Positions 1 to 9,781 of a stretch of DNA of 64,000 nucleotides are shown here, one piece after another. The translations under genes were made by a program, and so were the position numbers. Each line of letters starts with the position of its first letter. The stretch's first letter is position 1. This DNA is from a virus: the IMG/VR virus record IMGVR_UViG_3300032285_004900, positions 1 through 64,000 of that record. One strand, given 5' to 3'. The notes below the pieces were generated by a model. It did no database searches. It saw only the letters and a program-made list of their open reading frames with translations, and was not told the origin of the DNA.

Positions 1-2139
1 AGATTCAGACGTTCCTAAAAATTTATCTACCAACCTTGCCTTTGAAACTATTGAAGACATGTTTTCAGGTATAAATTTTAAAATGTACGACTGTCTTCTT
101 GGCTGGTTGATATTTAAAAAAATTGTATCCGTATTGTTTATAATTTCTTTTCTTTCTGCTACAAGTTTATTACCTGAACTTAGAATAGAAACTGATTCTT
201 GAGATGTGCTATTTATTTTTGCAATATCCAATTCATCTATCGAGTTTGAGTACCTTGGCCCATACTCAACAAAAGCCCCGTCTAGCAAAATTGAATCCGC
301 AGAGTTTAAAACTGAAAGGTTTATTGTAATCCTTCTTTCGTCATGCCCATTATCGCCTTGTTCTACTGATCTTCTGTTAACCTTAGCTCTCTCAACAAAG
401 GAGAGTGTTCCTCCTGATCCTGCAGCTCTTATAAAAAAAGCTAACCCCGACCTTATATTGGTGTTTCCTGATGTGTAACTTCCACCACCTGGTGTAATTG
501 TATAGTTCCCAAGACCATCACCAACAAAAGTCTGATATCCGCCTAATCCATAAACTGAATTAGTGGAGTTAGTTAATAAAGGATCCCAAACGTAATATAC
601 ATCCTGTACTCCGCCTGTTCGGGTTAATTTATAAAAATTTATATCAGAGGCATAAGGATTACCTACAGATTCAAAAGATCCATTAGCAACGTTTACGACA
701 GGCGGGGGATTATCTATTGGTGTGTATAATTTTCCGTAAGTTCTTAGTATGGTTGAATTTGTTGCCTGATTATAGGCAGTAACTGATCTATCGCCTCTTA
801 CAAAAACCATATATCCTTTAGTGTTAGCTATTTGAATATTAGTTCCTGATACTCCTTCCCATAAATTTGTTACCGAGTTATATGTTTTAATGCTAGGTGC
901 TGCACTTGATAGGTCGAATCCTAAATTAGAAACAGCATTTGGTAAATTGCTAGTAAGAATAGTTCCATATCCAGATCTGGTGTTTCCCAAAGCCGAATTC
1001 CCCTCCTGCCAAGACTGTTTTATTGTTTGCCCAATAGTGGGGGCAGATAGAAAATTCCAAGCCTTTGATGTATTTGCTAGGTATCTTTCAACTGTCGCAT
1101 TTCCTATGATTCTGTTTCCCGAGTACAAATTGTTTGAAGTTAGATCAGCAATTGTTCCAGTACCGGACGATGAGGATAAAAGGGTAAGCTTGTTGTTAGT
1201 GTTGAATGTAGAGTTTGAAACACCAAAGTCCAAAATACCTTTTATCTTAAATGTGTCCACTCCAGAAACGCTAACCCCCGCTGAATTACTTATTCTTAAA
1301 TTGCCAAGTGTTTTATTAACAAAGACTGTTCCGGATATCGATTGAGCTGTTGATCCCACCATTTCTATTGTTCCTGCATCTGCTAAGATAGCGTTTGCTG
1401 GGGCTGTGATTGCTTCAGCTATTTGAAGCTTTCCCCCTTGTATCTTTAAAGATGCACCGCTGTTAATAGTTATATTTTTACAATATCCGTGCGGAGTACT
1501 TAAAACTGGACTGTTTGGTGTTCCCGCCGGAATAACTACATTTGTTGTTATTGTCGGTAGAGAATTACCACACCAATTTTGCGGACTTGTCCAATTGCTA
1601 TTAACTGATCCGCTCCATTGTCCTATCTTAATGTTCTCCCAACTTATATCATCAAGATACCAAACCTTGGCCCCTGTTGCTGTGGGCCTGGTGTCTCTTA
1701 TTCTAACATAAACATCTGTTAATCCTAAAGCTCCCAGATCAACAGTGAACTGAGCATATGTGGCAGACATGGTTCCGCTGTATGATCCCCTTGTGGTCCA
1801 GGTCGATCCATTTGCTGATGTTTCAACTACGAATTGATGAGTTGCTGAAGTGCTGCTTCTTCTATACCAAAACGAGAAAATCCCAGGATTTGGTATTACT
1901 GGAGTTTGTATATAATCCCCAATTGCATCGTAGTATAGATAATAATTACCTGTTCTTGGACAAGATGCACAAGCATTTGGGTATGTTGTGCTTCCAAAGG
2001 TCAAAGCATTCTGGGTCCAGGTTCCACCTAATGTTGGCAATGACCCATTGAAGGTTTCCGTAAATTGGTCAGTACACTGGGATTTAGCAAAAGAGCTGAG
2101 GGTTAAAAATCCAAAGACGAGATAGTTTTTAAATTTCAC
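1..2139 (-). CDS. Large secreted protein, N-terminal ~710 aa (C-terminus lies beyond window start); GTG start
   Basis: The minus-strand frame is open from 2139 to position 1. It is preceded by an in-frame TAA and has no ATG start (GTG at 2137-2139), so it is absent from the ATG/complete-ORF track. The N-terminus VKFKNYLVFGFLTLSSFAKSQ looks like a signal peptide. Composition is N/S/T/G-rich, like the T9SS cargo at 14253-16436. The plus-strand ORFs 206-478, 890-1345 and 1758-2051 are antisense artefacts. Confidence 0.6.
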   Translation of the reverse strand, partial: MKFKNYLVFGFLTLSSFAKSQCTDQFTETFNGSLPTLGGTWTQNALTFGSTTYPNACASCPRTGNYYLYYDAIGDYIQTPVIPNPGIFSFWYRRSSTSATHQFVVETSANGSTWTTRGSYSGTMSATYAQFTVDLGALGLTDVYVRIRDTRPTATGAKVWYLDDISWENIKIGQWSGSVNSNWTSPQNWCGNSLPTITTNVVIPAGTPNSPVLSTPHGYCKNITINSGASLKIQGGKLQIAEAITAPANAILADAGTIEMVGSTAQSISGTVFVNKTLGNLRISNSAGVSVSGVDTFKIKGILDFGVSNSTFNTNNKLTLLSSSSGTGTIADLTSNNLYSGNRIIGNATVERYLANTSKAWNFLSAPTIGQTIKQSWQEGNSALGNTRSGYGTILTSNLPNAVSNLGFDLSSAAPSIKTYNSVTNLWEGVSGTNIQIANTKGYMVFVRGDRSVTAYNQATNSTILRTYGKLYTPIDNPPPVVNVANGSFESVGNPYASDINFYKLTRTGGVQDVYYVWDPLLTNSTNSVYGLGGYQTFVGDGLGNYTITPGGGSYTSGNTNIRSGLAFFIRAAGSGGTLSFVERAKVNRRSVEQGDNGHDERRITINLSVLNSADSILLDGAFVEYGPRYSNSIDELDIAKINSTSQESVSILSSGNKLVAERKEIINNTDTIFLNINQPRRQSYILKFIPENMSSIVSKARLVDKFLGTSES

Positions 2140-2246
2140 AATTTTAGTATTTAATTAAAATAATTCACACTTTAGATCTTAAATATAATGTCAATTATCG
2201 GGATATAAAAATAATAAGCGGAGATTTACCCGATATATAGTAAACT

Positions 2247-2723
2247 ATGGGAAAGGTTAAAAGTTTTTCGGACTACTTAAAAAATGTAGAGAAGTTAAAA
2301 TCTATCAATTCTGGTAGATCCTTCTATATTGAGGGCCAGGATATTTCTAAAATGGCTTCTGATCTTATAGAATTCATGAAATCGGAGGGAATTGATTTTG
2401 GGGATAAAGTTCCAGATATTGACTTCACTAGAGCAAAACAGAAAGATAAAGGGTCTCCATTTTTTAAGGAGACTGCTCATTACACACCGCTAGCTAATCT
2501 TGTTGTTATTTACACACAAGGAAGATCTTTAAAAGATTGTCTTAGATCACTTTCACATGAGCTCATTCATGCTGACCAATATATTAATAAGGGCATTGAT
2601 ATAGAAAAGGCATCGGAGGGCATTTACGGTAAGTCTAAGGACGTTGTAGACATAGAAGCCGACGCCTATGAGAGGGGTAATGTTATTTTCAGGAAGTGGG
2701 AAGAATCACTACGACAAAAGTAG
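2247..2723 (+). CDS. Small HExxH zinc-metallopeptidase-like protein
   Basis: HELIH motif (SLSHELIHADQY) followed by an acidic EADAYE segment. It is a lone plus-strand gene preceded by the GATATATAG box. Confidence 0.45.
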   Translation: MGKVKSFSDYLKNVEKLKSINSGRSFYIEGQDISKMASDLIEFMKSEGIDFGDKVPDIDFTRAKQKDKGSPFFKETAHYTPLANLVVIYTQGRSLKDCLRSLSHELIHADQYINKGIDIEKASEGIYGKSKDVVDIEADAYERGNVIFRKWEESLRQK

Positions 2724-3639
2724 GCTAAGTAACAATAGCATTGCACCCGCTGCTAAAGCCCAAAACGAGATGTCCTCATTATTTTTAACCTTTTGACGGC
2801 TTCTGCCTTGATAATCTCTAGGATCCCAATCTTTTAAATTTTGATTTTCTTTTTTCATTATTTTTTCTACCCCGAAGAGAATGTTTGGTTTCATAAGTAT
2901 TTTCCAATATATAGAGTGAATAACCCGAATTCCGCAAATTTTTTCCACTATAGGATTGATTTGTGAAAAAATTTTCCACTATGGACGAGCCTGGTGATAA
3001 ACAAAGTAAAAATAAAAGAAAGAATACCAATCTGGTTCTTGATGGCTTCTATGTTTTTTTTTCCATTAGGATACGATGGGCTATTTGCATACATAATGCG
3101 ATTAACAGGAAGCTACTGGGTAGCTGATATTATATTTTATATAATATCTGGAGTATTTTTTGTTGCTTACCTTTTTTCTAAAAAATGGATTACCAAAGAC
3201 ACTCATTTTGATAACTATAAGAATAAAAAACCCAGGACTTAGAAAAATCCCGGGGTGAACCAAAACAAGCATCGGTTGAAAATGTTTAAATTCTCTTCCG
3301 GTGCTATTTTTATAGTGCAAAGAAACCTATGGTTTCGCCTGATTTAAATCAATTCTTGGAATAATTCTTTAAAACACTTGGCTAAATTGCTTTCCTGATC
3401 CTCTATATTCCTATAAACTTCCCCAGGTAGGGCTTTAGAAGCCATAGAGAAACACTCTTTAACAACCTCCTCCCCATATTGGGATTTTAACAATTCCACC
3501 TTTTCCGCCTTAATAACTAGATGTTTCATCTTATTTCCTTTTAAATTTGTCTCTCATTATAACATAAGTGATCAAGAAGGACCCAAAAATGCACATAACA
3601 ATTAATATAACGTCCGTTACCGTGTTTAATTCTACCATC

Positions 3640-4401
3640 TTAGCTAACTATTGGTACTAGAATTTTTGTGACAAAATCGTCCATATCACGCAACGAAATG
3701 TGGTCTAATGAGTCCTCTAAGGTGTGGCATCTGCCCCAAGATGAATTATCGAGGAACCCATCCCAACTTCTTATATCAGATTCACCCTCTGTTAGAAGAG
3801 GAAGAGGATTAATAACGTTGCTATCTATGCCTAGACTCTGGAGAGCGACCGAGTCGCTAGGTGGGGTCCTGTACATGGGAGGATCGAAAAGTTTAAGAAT
3901 CTTATCGCTTAAAGGACCATGCTGATTCCCTATCATAAAGTTTTCACCGCCCGCTCCGGTAAGCTCAAGATTTAGCACCCATTTGATCTCACCGAACATG
4001 CCCTCTTTTATTTGCTTTCCTAGCCTTCTTGCTCCTAGCATTCCCAGCTCCTCACAATCGGTTAAAACAACATTAACGTTAGGAACTAGAGACTTAAGAT
4101 AGATTGCATTAATAACGGAAGCAGAGTTATCATTAGCATTGTCGGACTCTGGATGAATCACATCATGGTGGGCAATAACCATATATGGGCTATTCCCTGG
4201 CATGAGGATATTGTGATAGTTGTTATCCGGATCTGAATCTCCCGTGAAAGAGTCAACCTCGAAGTAAATGAAATTCTCCTGTAAAAGGGATAGAATGAAC
4301 TTGACCCTATTGGGGTAATCCTTGTTCCCGTTTCCCCTGGCATTTCCCAGATTTTTGGCCTCCCTACAAAAAGGATAGATGGCCTCTAATATCTTATTCA
4401 T
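3640..4401 (-). CDS. Zn-dependent exopeptidase-like protein (M28/M20-like signature)
   Basis: Ordered motifs AHHDV (H-x-D), a DN acidic patch, DCEELGMLGA (EE) and GNQHG are compatible with a co-catalytic metallopeptidase. The family is not certain. Confidence 0.4.
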   Translation of the reverse strand: MNKILEAIYPFCREAKNLGNARGNGNKDYPNRVKFILSLLQENFIYFEVDSFTGDSDPDNNYHNILMPGNSPYMVIAHHDVIHPESDNANDNSASVINAIYLKSLVPNVNVVLTDCEELGMLGARRLGKQIKEGMFGEIKWVLNLELTGAGGENFMIGNQHGPLSDKILKLFDPPMYRTPPSDSVALQSLGIDSNVINPLPLLTEGESDIRSWDGFLDNSSWGRCHTLEDSLDHISLRDMDDFVTKILVPIVS

Positions 4402-4421
4402 ACTTTAAATTTAATAGATAA

Positions 4422-4473
4422 TCCCGAAATAAAAAATATATATGCAACTTGTAAAATCGGGATAAATCCAAAT
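4422..4473. promoter_or_regulatory. Inverted repeat ATCCCGA(N38)TCGGGAT between the SmpB stop and the peptidase gene start
   Basis: Read directly in the sequence. A similar TATCGGG(N27)CCCGATA repeat lies at 2194-2234 and a TCCCGGGA palindrome at about 63452. Confidence 0.35.
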
Positions 4474-4493
4474 AAATCGTATGTGTGTTTTGT

Positions 4494-4922
4494 TTATGCT
4501 AGGCTTCTGCTAATCTCCCTTTCTGCCTCTCTAGCCTTTATTGTTTCTCTTTTATCGTAGGACTTCTTACCTTTAGCTAAAGCAATCTCAACCTTGATCA
4601 TATTTCTTTCCGATGTAAAAATTCTGGTGGGTATGATAGTTATTCCCTTATCTAGTGATTTCTCCAGTCTCTTAAGCTCTTTCTTTTTAAGAAGAAGCTT
4701 TCTATCCCTTAGCGGCTCGTGCTGGAATGAGTTCAGACCAGGAGTTATGCTTAGACTTTTGATCCAAAGTTCACCGTCTATAAAAAAACAGAAAGCATCA
4801 ACCATGGAGGCTCTGGAGTCCCTGATAGCCTTTACCTCAGATCCAAGAAGACATATACCAGCAGTATATGTCTCCAGGAAATAATAATCAAACTTCGCCT
4901 TTCTGTTAATAATTGAAACCAT
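4494..4922 (-). CDS. smpB: SsrA-binding protein SmpB
   Basis: Full-length match to SmpB in length and layout: KAKFDY, GxEVK(A/S)IR, GELWIK and a basic C-terminal tail. Confidence 0.85.
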   Translation of the reverse strand: MVSIINRKAKFDYYFLETYTAGICLLGSEVKAIRDSRASMVDAFCFFIDGELWIKSLSITPGLNSFQHEPLRDRKLLLKKKELKRLEKSLDKGITIIPTRIFTSERNMIKVEIALAKGKKSYDKRETIKAREAEREISRSLA

Positions 4923-4923
4923 T

Positions 4924-5592
4924 TTACTTTTTCTTTTTATTAGCTACAATCTCATCTATAATACCGTACTTAACAGCTTCATCTGCACTAAGCCAAAAGT
5001 CTCTTGCTGCATCTTTCTTAACTTGTTTAGGATCCTTGTCACAGTATTCGCCAAGAAGCTTGAATAAAGTTTCATTAACTTCTTTCCACTCCTTCATATC
5101 AATCTCAGCGTCCTGGATATTTCCATAAAATCCTCCGCTTGATTGATGAAGCATTACCCGACTGAATCTAAGAGAACTTCTTTTTCCCTTTGTCCCAGCT
5201 CCTAGTAGAATAGATCCCATTGAAGCTGCCATCCCGGTATTAACTGTTCTGATATCTGCAGAAATATATTCCATAACATCCACCATAGAAAGTCCTGACT
5301 TAACACTTCCACCTGGACTATCAATATGCATAGTGATATCGTTACTATCAACAGAATCCAAAAACATTAACTGTGCCTGAACTATAGTAGACATGTCATC
5401 GTTTACAGGTCCAGCTACCCAAATAATCCGATTTTTCATCATCATAGAAAAGACATCAATTTGTGCTATTCTGATATCTCTCTCCTCCACAACATAGGGT
5501 GTCATTGATGATTGTATTCTCTTTTGATAATAATCCATTCTAAGAGAGGATACACCGCATTCACTAATTGCATACTTTTTAAATTCGTTCAT
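4924..5592 (-). CDS. clpP: ATP-dependent Clp protease proteolytic subunit ClpP
   Basis: IDSPGGSV, the GMAASMGS active-site serine box and an MLHQ histidine box. The spacing is typical of ClpP. Confidence 0.85.
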   Translation of the reverse strand: MNEFKKYAISECGVSSLRMDYYQKRIQSSMTPYVVEERDIRIAQIDVFSMMMKNRIIWVAGPVNDDMSTIVQAQLMFLDSVDSNDITMHIDSPGGSVKSGLSMVDVMEYISADIRTVNTGMAASMGSILLGAGTKGKRSSLRFSRVMLHQSSGGFYGNIQDAEIDMKEWKEVNETLFKLLGEYCDKDPKQVKKDAARDFWLSADEAVKYGIIDEIVANKKKK

Positions 5593-5604
5593 ATTTTTTA
5601 ATTT

Positions 5605-6300
5605 TTATATTCTAAACCAGTCTGGCCAATGTTTACTGTTGCATCTACTTTTTACTGTTGCTTTTGGTATATTTAATGCTTCTCCTGCTTTTGCCATTGA
5701 TCTGTATTCTATACCGTCTATTGAAACTCCTACCATATTCCAAGCATTATCTTTCATCCATTTTGAAAATTCAGGATTCCTATTCCCCTTTTTTGAATCG
5801 CTAATCTTTTTTTTAGTTTCTTCTTTATGTTTTCTACCGTGCCATGGATGGTTTTCTCCGGATTGCGATTTTTTAATATTTTCAATATGTTCGGGAGATA
5901 AGGGTATCCCTTTTTTAGCGTCCCTCATTTTATCTTTAGCTTCCTTTGAAAACTCTCTGCCTTTAAGTTTCTCCCTTTTTTGATTTGCAATTCTTTCTAT
6001 TTCTTCTTTACTTTTTTTGTTAATCCAATTTCCTCCTCCATCTCCTCCCTCCGTAAGATTATACCCGTCCTCAAATGTATTATATTTTTTAATATAGAAT
6101 TTTTCTAAATTGTCTAATTCATCTTCAGTTTCTATATTTTCGTGAAGTATTACCCTTTCAAAAATATCCTTCCCGTATTTTTTTATTATTTTATTTGGTA
6201 AAAGGCCTCCTGAAAAATAATTTTTCTTTCCTCCGTTATGTTTGCCTATGTATTTTTTACCGTTTCTTTTATCGATAAGTAGATATATTTGTCCTTTCAT
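5605..6300 (-). CDS. GIY-YIG homing endonuclease with NUMOD3-like repeats
   Basis: GQIYLLIDKRNGKKYIGKH is a GIY...YIG motif. The C-terminal region repeats a G(K)-H-S/T-E-E-T-K-KK-I-S pattern like I-TevI-type NUMOD3 motifs. Confidence 0.8.
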   Translation of the reverse strand: MKGQIYLLIDKRNGKKYIGKHNGGKKNYFSGGLLPNKIIKKYGKDIFERVILHENIETEDELDNLEKFYIKKYNTFEDGYNLTEGGDGGGNWINKKSKEEIERIANQKREKLKGREFSKEAKDKMRDAKKGIPLSPEHIENIKKSQSGENHPWHGRKHKEETKKKISDSKKGNRNPEFSKWMKDNAWNMVGVSIDGIEYRSMAKAGEALNIPKATVKSRCNSKHWPDWFRI

Positions 6301-6312
6301 ACTTTAGCCTTT

Positions 6313-6326
6313 CTTTTATATATCCC
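6313..6326 (-). promoter_or_regulatory. GGGATATATAAAAG box upstream of GIY-YIG gene
   Basis: Member of the recurrent GATATATAAAG family (see findings). Confidence 0.5.
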
Positions 6327-6371
6327 GCATCAGTCACGAAAACATGTACCGCTTTATATTTAATCATAGTA

Positions 6372-6761
6372 TTATTTTGAAAGTAAATAAAATGTTACAA
6401 ATAGTTGAATGTAATGTAGGTACTGATCGAATCCGATACTGACAAAAAAGTTATGCACATCTCCTTTAGCCCAGAGTTTTGAGTTTAGCCTACTAGTAAA
6501 GTAATCAGTAATTGTGTGGCATATAAATGTAACCAAGCCGAACAGAATCGAATGAATCACGTACCATTGTGTTGTGTGTCCTTTACTCTCGTAGCCAATT
6601 AATAAACAACTGGCAAATATCCACATGGTACTATACGTAAACGTATGAGCTAAAAGGTCACTCCAACTTCTGCTTTTACCTTTTGCTTGCCTATCGGTTT
6701 GCAGAACAAAGTCTGCAAACCAATGAATAAACAGGATACTTAATATTATTATTAGTGTCAT
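6372..6761 (-). CDS. DUF3307-like integral membrane protein
   Basis: Several hydrophobic segments and an HWFADFVLQ motif. Confidence 0.45.
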   Translation of the reverse strand: MTLIIILSILFIHWFADFVLQTDRQAKGKSRSWSDLLAHTFTYSTMWIFASCLLIGYESKGHTTQWYVIHSILFGLVTFICHTITDYFTSRLNSKLWAKGDVHNFFVSIGFDQYLHYIQLFVTFYLLSK

Positions 6762-6762
6762 A

Positions 6763-7731
6763 TTAGTCTTTATTTGGCATGTTCATAATAACTCCCTGTC
6801 CATTTCCCATCATATAAGTTGGAAGAGCGCCATTCCACTTCTGAATCCATTCCAATTGAATAATTTTAGGATTGCTGGCGATAGAAGAACCCTTGATTTG
6901 TAATGCTTTAGCTTCACCTTCAGCTTTTTGAATAGCTATATCCTTATCTATAGTAGCTTGTTTCAACGCTTCATCTTTTTGGCGTGTAATCTGAACCATT
7001 GTTAGAACCTTTTGCTCCTCCAATTTTTTCTGATTGATACTGGCCTCATATTGTGGGTTATAGAATACCTCTCTAATCTGAGCAACCTCTACTATAAGGT
7101 GGTTGGTTTGCAATTCTTTTTTAAGAGCTGCTTGCACTTTGGCTTGTATCTCTGAACGTTTATCAGAATAACACTGGATTGGTGTGTAGTTTGATATGGT
7201 AAGTGGCATTATAGATTTGATAGCAGGTCTAATAATATTTTCTTCAATCCAATGATACTTTCCTTCCCCGTCTTGATCTGCAGAGATATTGCCATAGATC
7301 CACGAAGCTTGATTAGGATCAATACGCCAGTTAACTGAAATATCAAATCCCATTTTAATACCATCTGATGTTGGCGCCCAAATAGCATCATCTGTATTTT
7401 TGGCACCTTCTTTTGGGTTAGATGTTAGTGTATAAACCCATACTGTTTTATCCATGAGCTTAACTGTGTTCCAAGGTGCTACGAAGTTCCAACCCGTGGT
7501 AAGTTCCTCATCAGCCACACCGCGTGGGGTAACTACAACACCAACCTCTTGTGCTCCTATTCTGTACAACGTCATGTTTACTGATAGGAATAGAACAAAT
7601 GCAATTGCTGAAATTGTTAATACAGATTTTCCCGATGGAAGAACAAAGTCAGACTCTGAACTCTTTTGAACTTTGGCAATTACGCCATAAATGATGCCAA
7701 TAAAGGCAAGAACTGTTAGAACTGTTAACAT
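6763..7731 (-). CDS. SPFH/band-7 (prohibitin/HflC-like) membrane protein
   Basis: An N-terminal TM segment, then a band-7 domain and a long C-terminal coiled coil (EASINQKKLEEQK...ALKQATIDKDIAIQKAEGEAKALQIKG). Confidence 0.7.
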   Translation of the reverse strand: MLTVLTVLAFIGIIYGVIAKVQKSSESDFVLPSGKSVLTISAIAFVLFLSVNMTLYRIGAQEVGVVVTPRGVADEELTTGWNFVAPWNTVKLMDKTVWVYTLTSNPKEGAKNTDDAIWAPTSDGIKMGFDISVNWRIDPNQASWIYGNISADQDGEGKYHWIEENIIRPAIKSIMPLTISNYTPIQCYSDKRSEIQAKVQAALKKELQTNHLIVEVAQIREVFYNPQYEASINQKKLEEQKVLTMVQITRQKDEALKQATIDKDIAIQKAEGEAKALQIKGSSIASNPKIIQLEWIQKWNGALPTYMMGNGQGVIMNMPNKD

Positions 7732-7743
7732 TTGATTTTTATT

Positions 7744-8025
7744 TTAATTGTTAGAAATATTTTCTTCCGTATAATTTTTACCACTTTGCATAGTTGACAT
7801 TGTTTCTCCCCTGTCAGTGAAGTAATGGTAGTGTCCACCATCGGAGAATCGATAAACTTTAATACCATCTTTTTCAAATAGAAGTTCAACCTCTACTCCT
7901 CTGCCCTCTGTTGTTGAGCTCACTGGTTTCTCGTAGCATCCGCTGAATGCGGTTAGTAAAATGATTGCTAGAATGATTTTTTTCATTTTATTTTTATTGG
8001 TTATTGATTCTATACTGCTATCCAC
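7744..8025 (-). CDS. Small lipoprotein-like protein
   Basis: Signal peptide ending LTAFSGC (lipobox-like). Confidence 0.35.
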   Translation of the reverse strand: MDSSIESITNKNKMKKIILAIILLTAFSGCYEKPVSSTTEGRGVEVELLFEKDGIKVYRFSDGGHYHYFTDRGETMSTMQSGKNYTEENISNN

Positions 8026-8369
8026 TCCAATTCTTTCGAGTATAGGCAGGAAAGTATTGCGAAATCTTCTTTGAGCTCTATTCCAACTATAACAAGATCT
8101 TTCCAGTCTTTGTGGAATTTATGCATCATATTATTCATATCCCATGTGTGGATATCACCATCGCCTGACCATATACCATTCGGAGTTGCTAATATCATAG
8201 GCCCACCCGAAGGATCTATCATTGTTATTCTACTTCCGGATCTGGCTATCTTCATGAACATATGATCAAATCCTCCCATCTTAAATTCAAGCGGGGATAT
8301 CCTCTCAAAGGTTATACGGTTCCCATTCCTGTTAGTATATGACGTTATCTTCACTTCCCTCTTTTTCAT
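8010..8369 (-). CDS. Hypothetical protein
   Basis: ORF tiling with neighbours; no recognisable motif. Confidence 0.4.
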   Translation of the reverse strand: MKKREVKITSYTNRNGNRITFERISPLEFKMGGFDHMFMKIARSGSRITMIDPSGGPMILATPNGIWSGDGDIHTWDMNNMMHKFHKDWKDLVIVGIELKEDFAILSCLYSKELEWIAV

Positions 8370-8439
8370 GATCCAAATGTAATCTCAATGCTCGGTAATA
8401 AAAAATGGAAACCAATAATCATTTCTTTGTATAAAAAAT

Positions 8440-9027
8440 ATGAAGAATCAATCCTATCTAGTTTCAATAATAGGTGCTCCCTCATCTGGCAAGAGTACTT
8501 TAGCAACCTCAGTTCATCACAGTCTAAAAATTAAAAGAAAGAATTCTATCTTTGTGGGTGAAGCTGCTACCGATTATATTGCAGAGTGGGGTGTACCAGA
8601 CACACCGATGGATCAATTGGTTATTTTCTATAAGCAATTGGGAAGGGAAAGAATGTATCTTGACTCTAAAGAGTGGATTATCTGCGATTCAAGCTCACTC
8701 CTAAATTACTTCTACTTTAGGTCAATGTTTAAGGGCAGTCTTACTCTTAAAGAGATTGCTACTATCAATCACGTGCAAAAAGAAATCCTTAAATCTCTTA
8801 ACCAGTGGCATAAAATATATTACGTTCCGCCAGTTCTGGAAGGTGATGAGAACGACGGAATAAGATTCCATAATAAGGAGGAGATTATTAAACTTGATGC
8901 TATTATTAAAAACTATCTGGAGCTTGAGTGTATTCAGTATGTTGATCTGTCTTCAGTTCCTCTTGAGGATAGAGGAGTCTATGTGATTAACGATTTGTTG
9001 AAGTCCTCGAAAGGGGGTAATAGCTAA
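8440..9027 (+). CDS. P-loop NTPase, nucleotide/nucleoside-kinase-like
   Basis: Walker A IIGAPSSGKSTLA near the N-terminus. Its size suits a (d)NMP-kinase or AAA_28-type small ATPase. The 3' end overlaps convergent gene 8987-9442. Confidence 0.55.
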   Translation: MKNQSYLVSIIGAPSSGKSTLATSVHHSLKIKRKNSIFVGEAATDYIAEWGVPDTPMDQLVIFYKQLGRERMYLDSKEWIICDSSSLLNYFYFRSMFKGSLTLKEIATINHVQKEILKSLNQWHKIYYVPPVLEGDENDGIRFHNKEEIIKLDAIIKNYLELECIQYVDLSSVPLEDRGVYVINDLLKSSKGGNS

Positions 9028-9442
9028 GATCCTTCCAGCTATCCAGAACCGGTGCCCACTCTCTAAGTAGCTTGGGAAAGCTTACCTCTTTAATTGTATC
9101 ATACCAGCCTGGGGTTTTTCCAGTTTTAGAATTTAGCCCTATAACATGGCCTTTTAATCCTAATACATTAAGTATCTTAGAATTTGTTCCTATCTTATTT
9201 TCCTTGTAATCATATCCTTCCTTAAGGATAATATAGAATCCCTCTGATGTGATCCTAGCCATATAGGCACCGTCTGCATTTTGCCATATTTTTTCTATCC
9301 TGCCTGCATAAAGACGGGGTGTACCATCGGGAAAGGGAAGGCTTTTTATGAAAAGTATGCCACCCTCCCTCCAATCCTGGCCATAAAGTCCGGTTGACTC
9401 TTCCAATTTGGACCATTCTGAGAAGCTTGAAATGTTAATCAC
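8987..9442 (-). CDS. Hypothetical protein
   Basis: ORF; no motif. Confidence 0.4.
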   Translation of the reverse strand: MINISSFSEWSKLEESTGLYGQDWREGGILFIKSLPFPDGTPRLYAGRIEKIWQNADGAYMARITSEGFYIILKEGYDYKENKIGTNSKILNVLGLKGHVIGLNSKTGKTPGWYDTIKEVSFPKLLREWAPVLDSWKDLSYYPLSRTSTNR

Positions 9443-9460
9443 GGATTATATATTCAAATC

Positions 9461-9474
9461 CGTGATATATAAAT
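9461..9474 (+). promoter_or_regulatory. GTGATATATAAATC box upstream of 9497 gene
   Basis: Member of the GATATATAAAG family. An adjacent hairpin CGGATT-N8-AATCCG lies at 9441-9460. Confidence 0.45.
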
Positions 9475-9496
9475 CTATAAATAAACCCCATTAAAA

Positions 9497-9763
9497 ATGA
9501 AAAATTTAAAAGAATACGGAAGTCATCTTACCGATTTCAACCTGGAGGAGAGCAGCGAATACTCACAATGTATGAGTGAGGGTGCTAGACAAGCAGTAAA
9601 AAGTCTTTGCGAGAGCATGCTTTGCAAAGAAGCTATGGACTACCATAATGACGAGTGTGAAGATCATACTTACGAAGGATACATTAACGAATGTATGGGA
9701 TATCTAAAAGAGGCAATGGGACAAGCTGGATATGCTCCCATAGTAAAACCTTACGCAGAATAA
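9497..9763 (+). CDS. Small Cys-rich acidic protein
   Basis: ORF with scattered C/H residues (CMSEG, CESMLC, HNDECEDH). Confidence 0.4.
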   Translation: MKNLKEYGSHLTDFNLEESSEYSQCMSEGARQAVKSLCESMLCKEAMDYHNDECEDHTYEGYINECMGYLKEAMGQAGYAPIVKPYAE

Positions 9764-9781
9764 CAAAAAATTAAATAGAAA

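Noticed and set aside
206-2051. Plus-strand ORFs 206-478, 890-1345 and 1758-2051 from the six-frame track
   Set aside because: They lie antisense to a continuous minus-strand frame with a signal peptide and a GTG start (1-2139). Their composition is low-complexity shadow ORFs.
8987-9027. A 41-nt convergent overlap of genes 8440-9027 (+) and 8987-9442 (-), as a possible antisense regulatory arrangement
   Set aside because: It is more likely that one gene is shorter than the track suggests. There is no way to decide without expression data.
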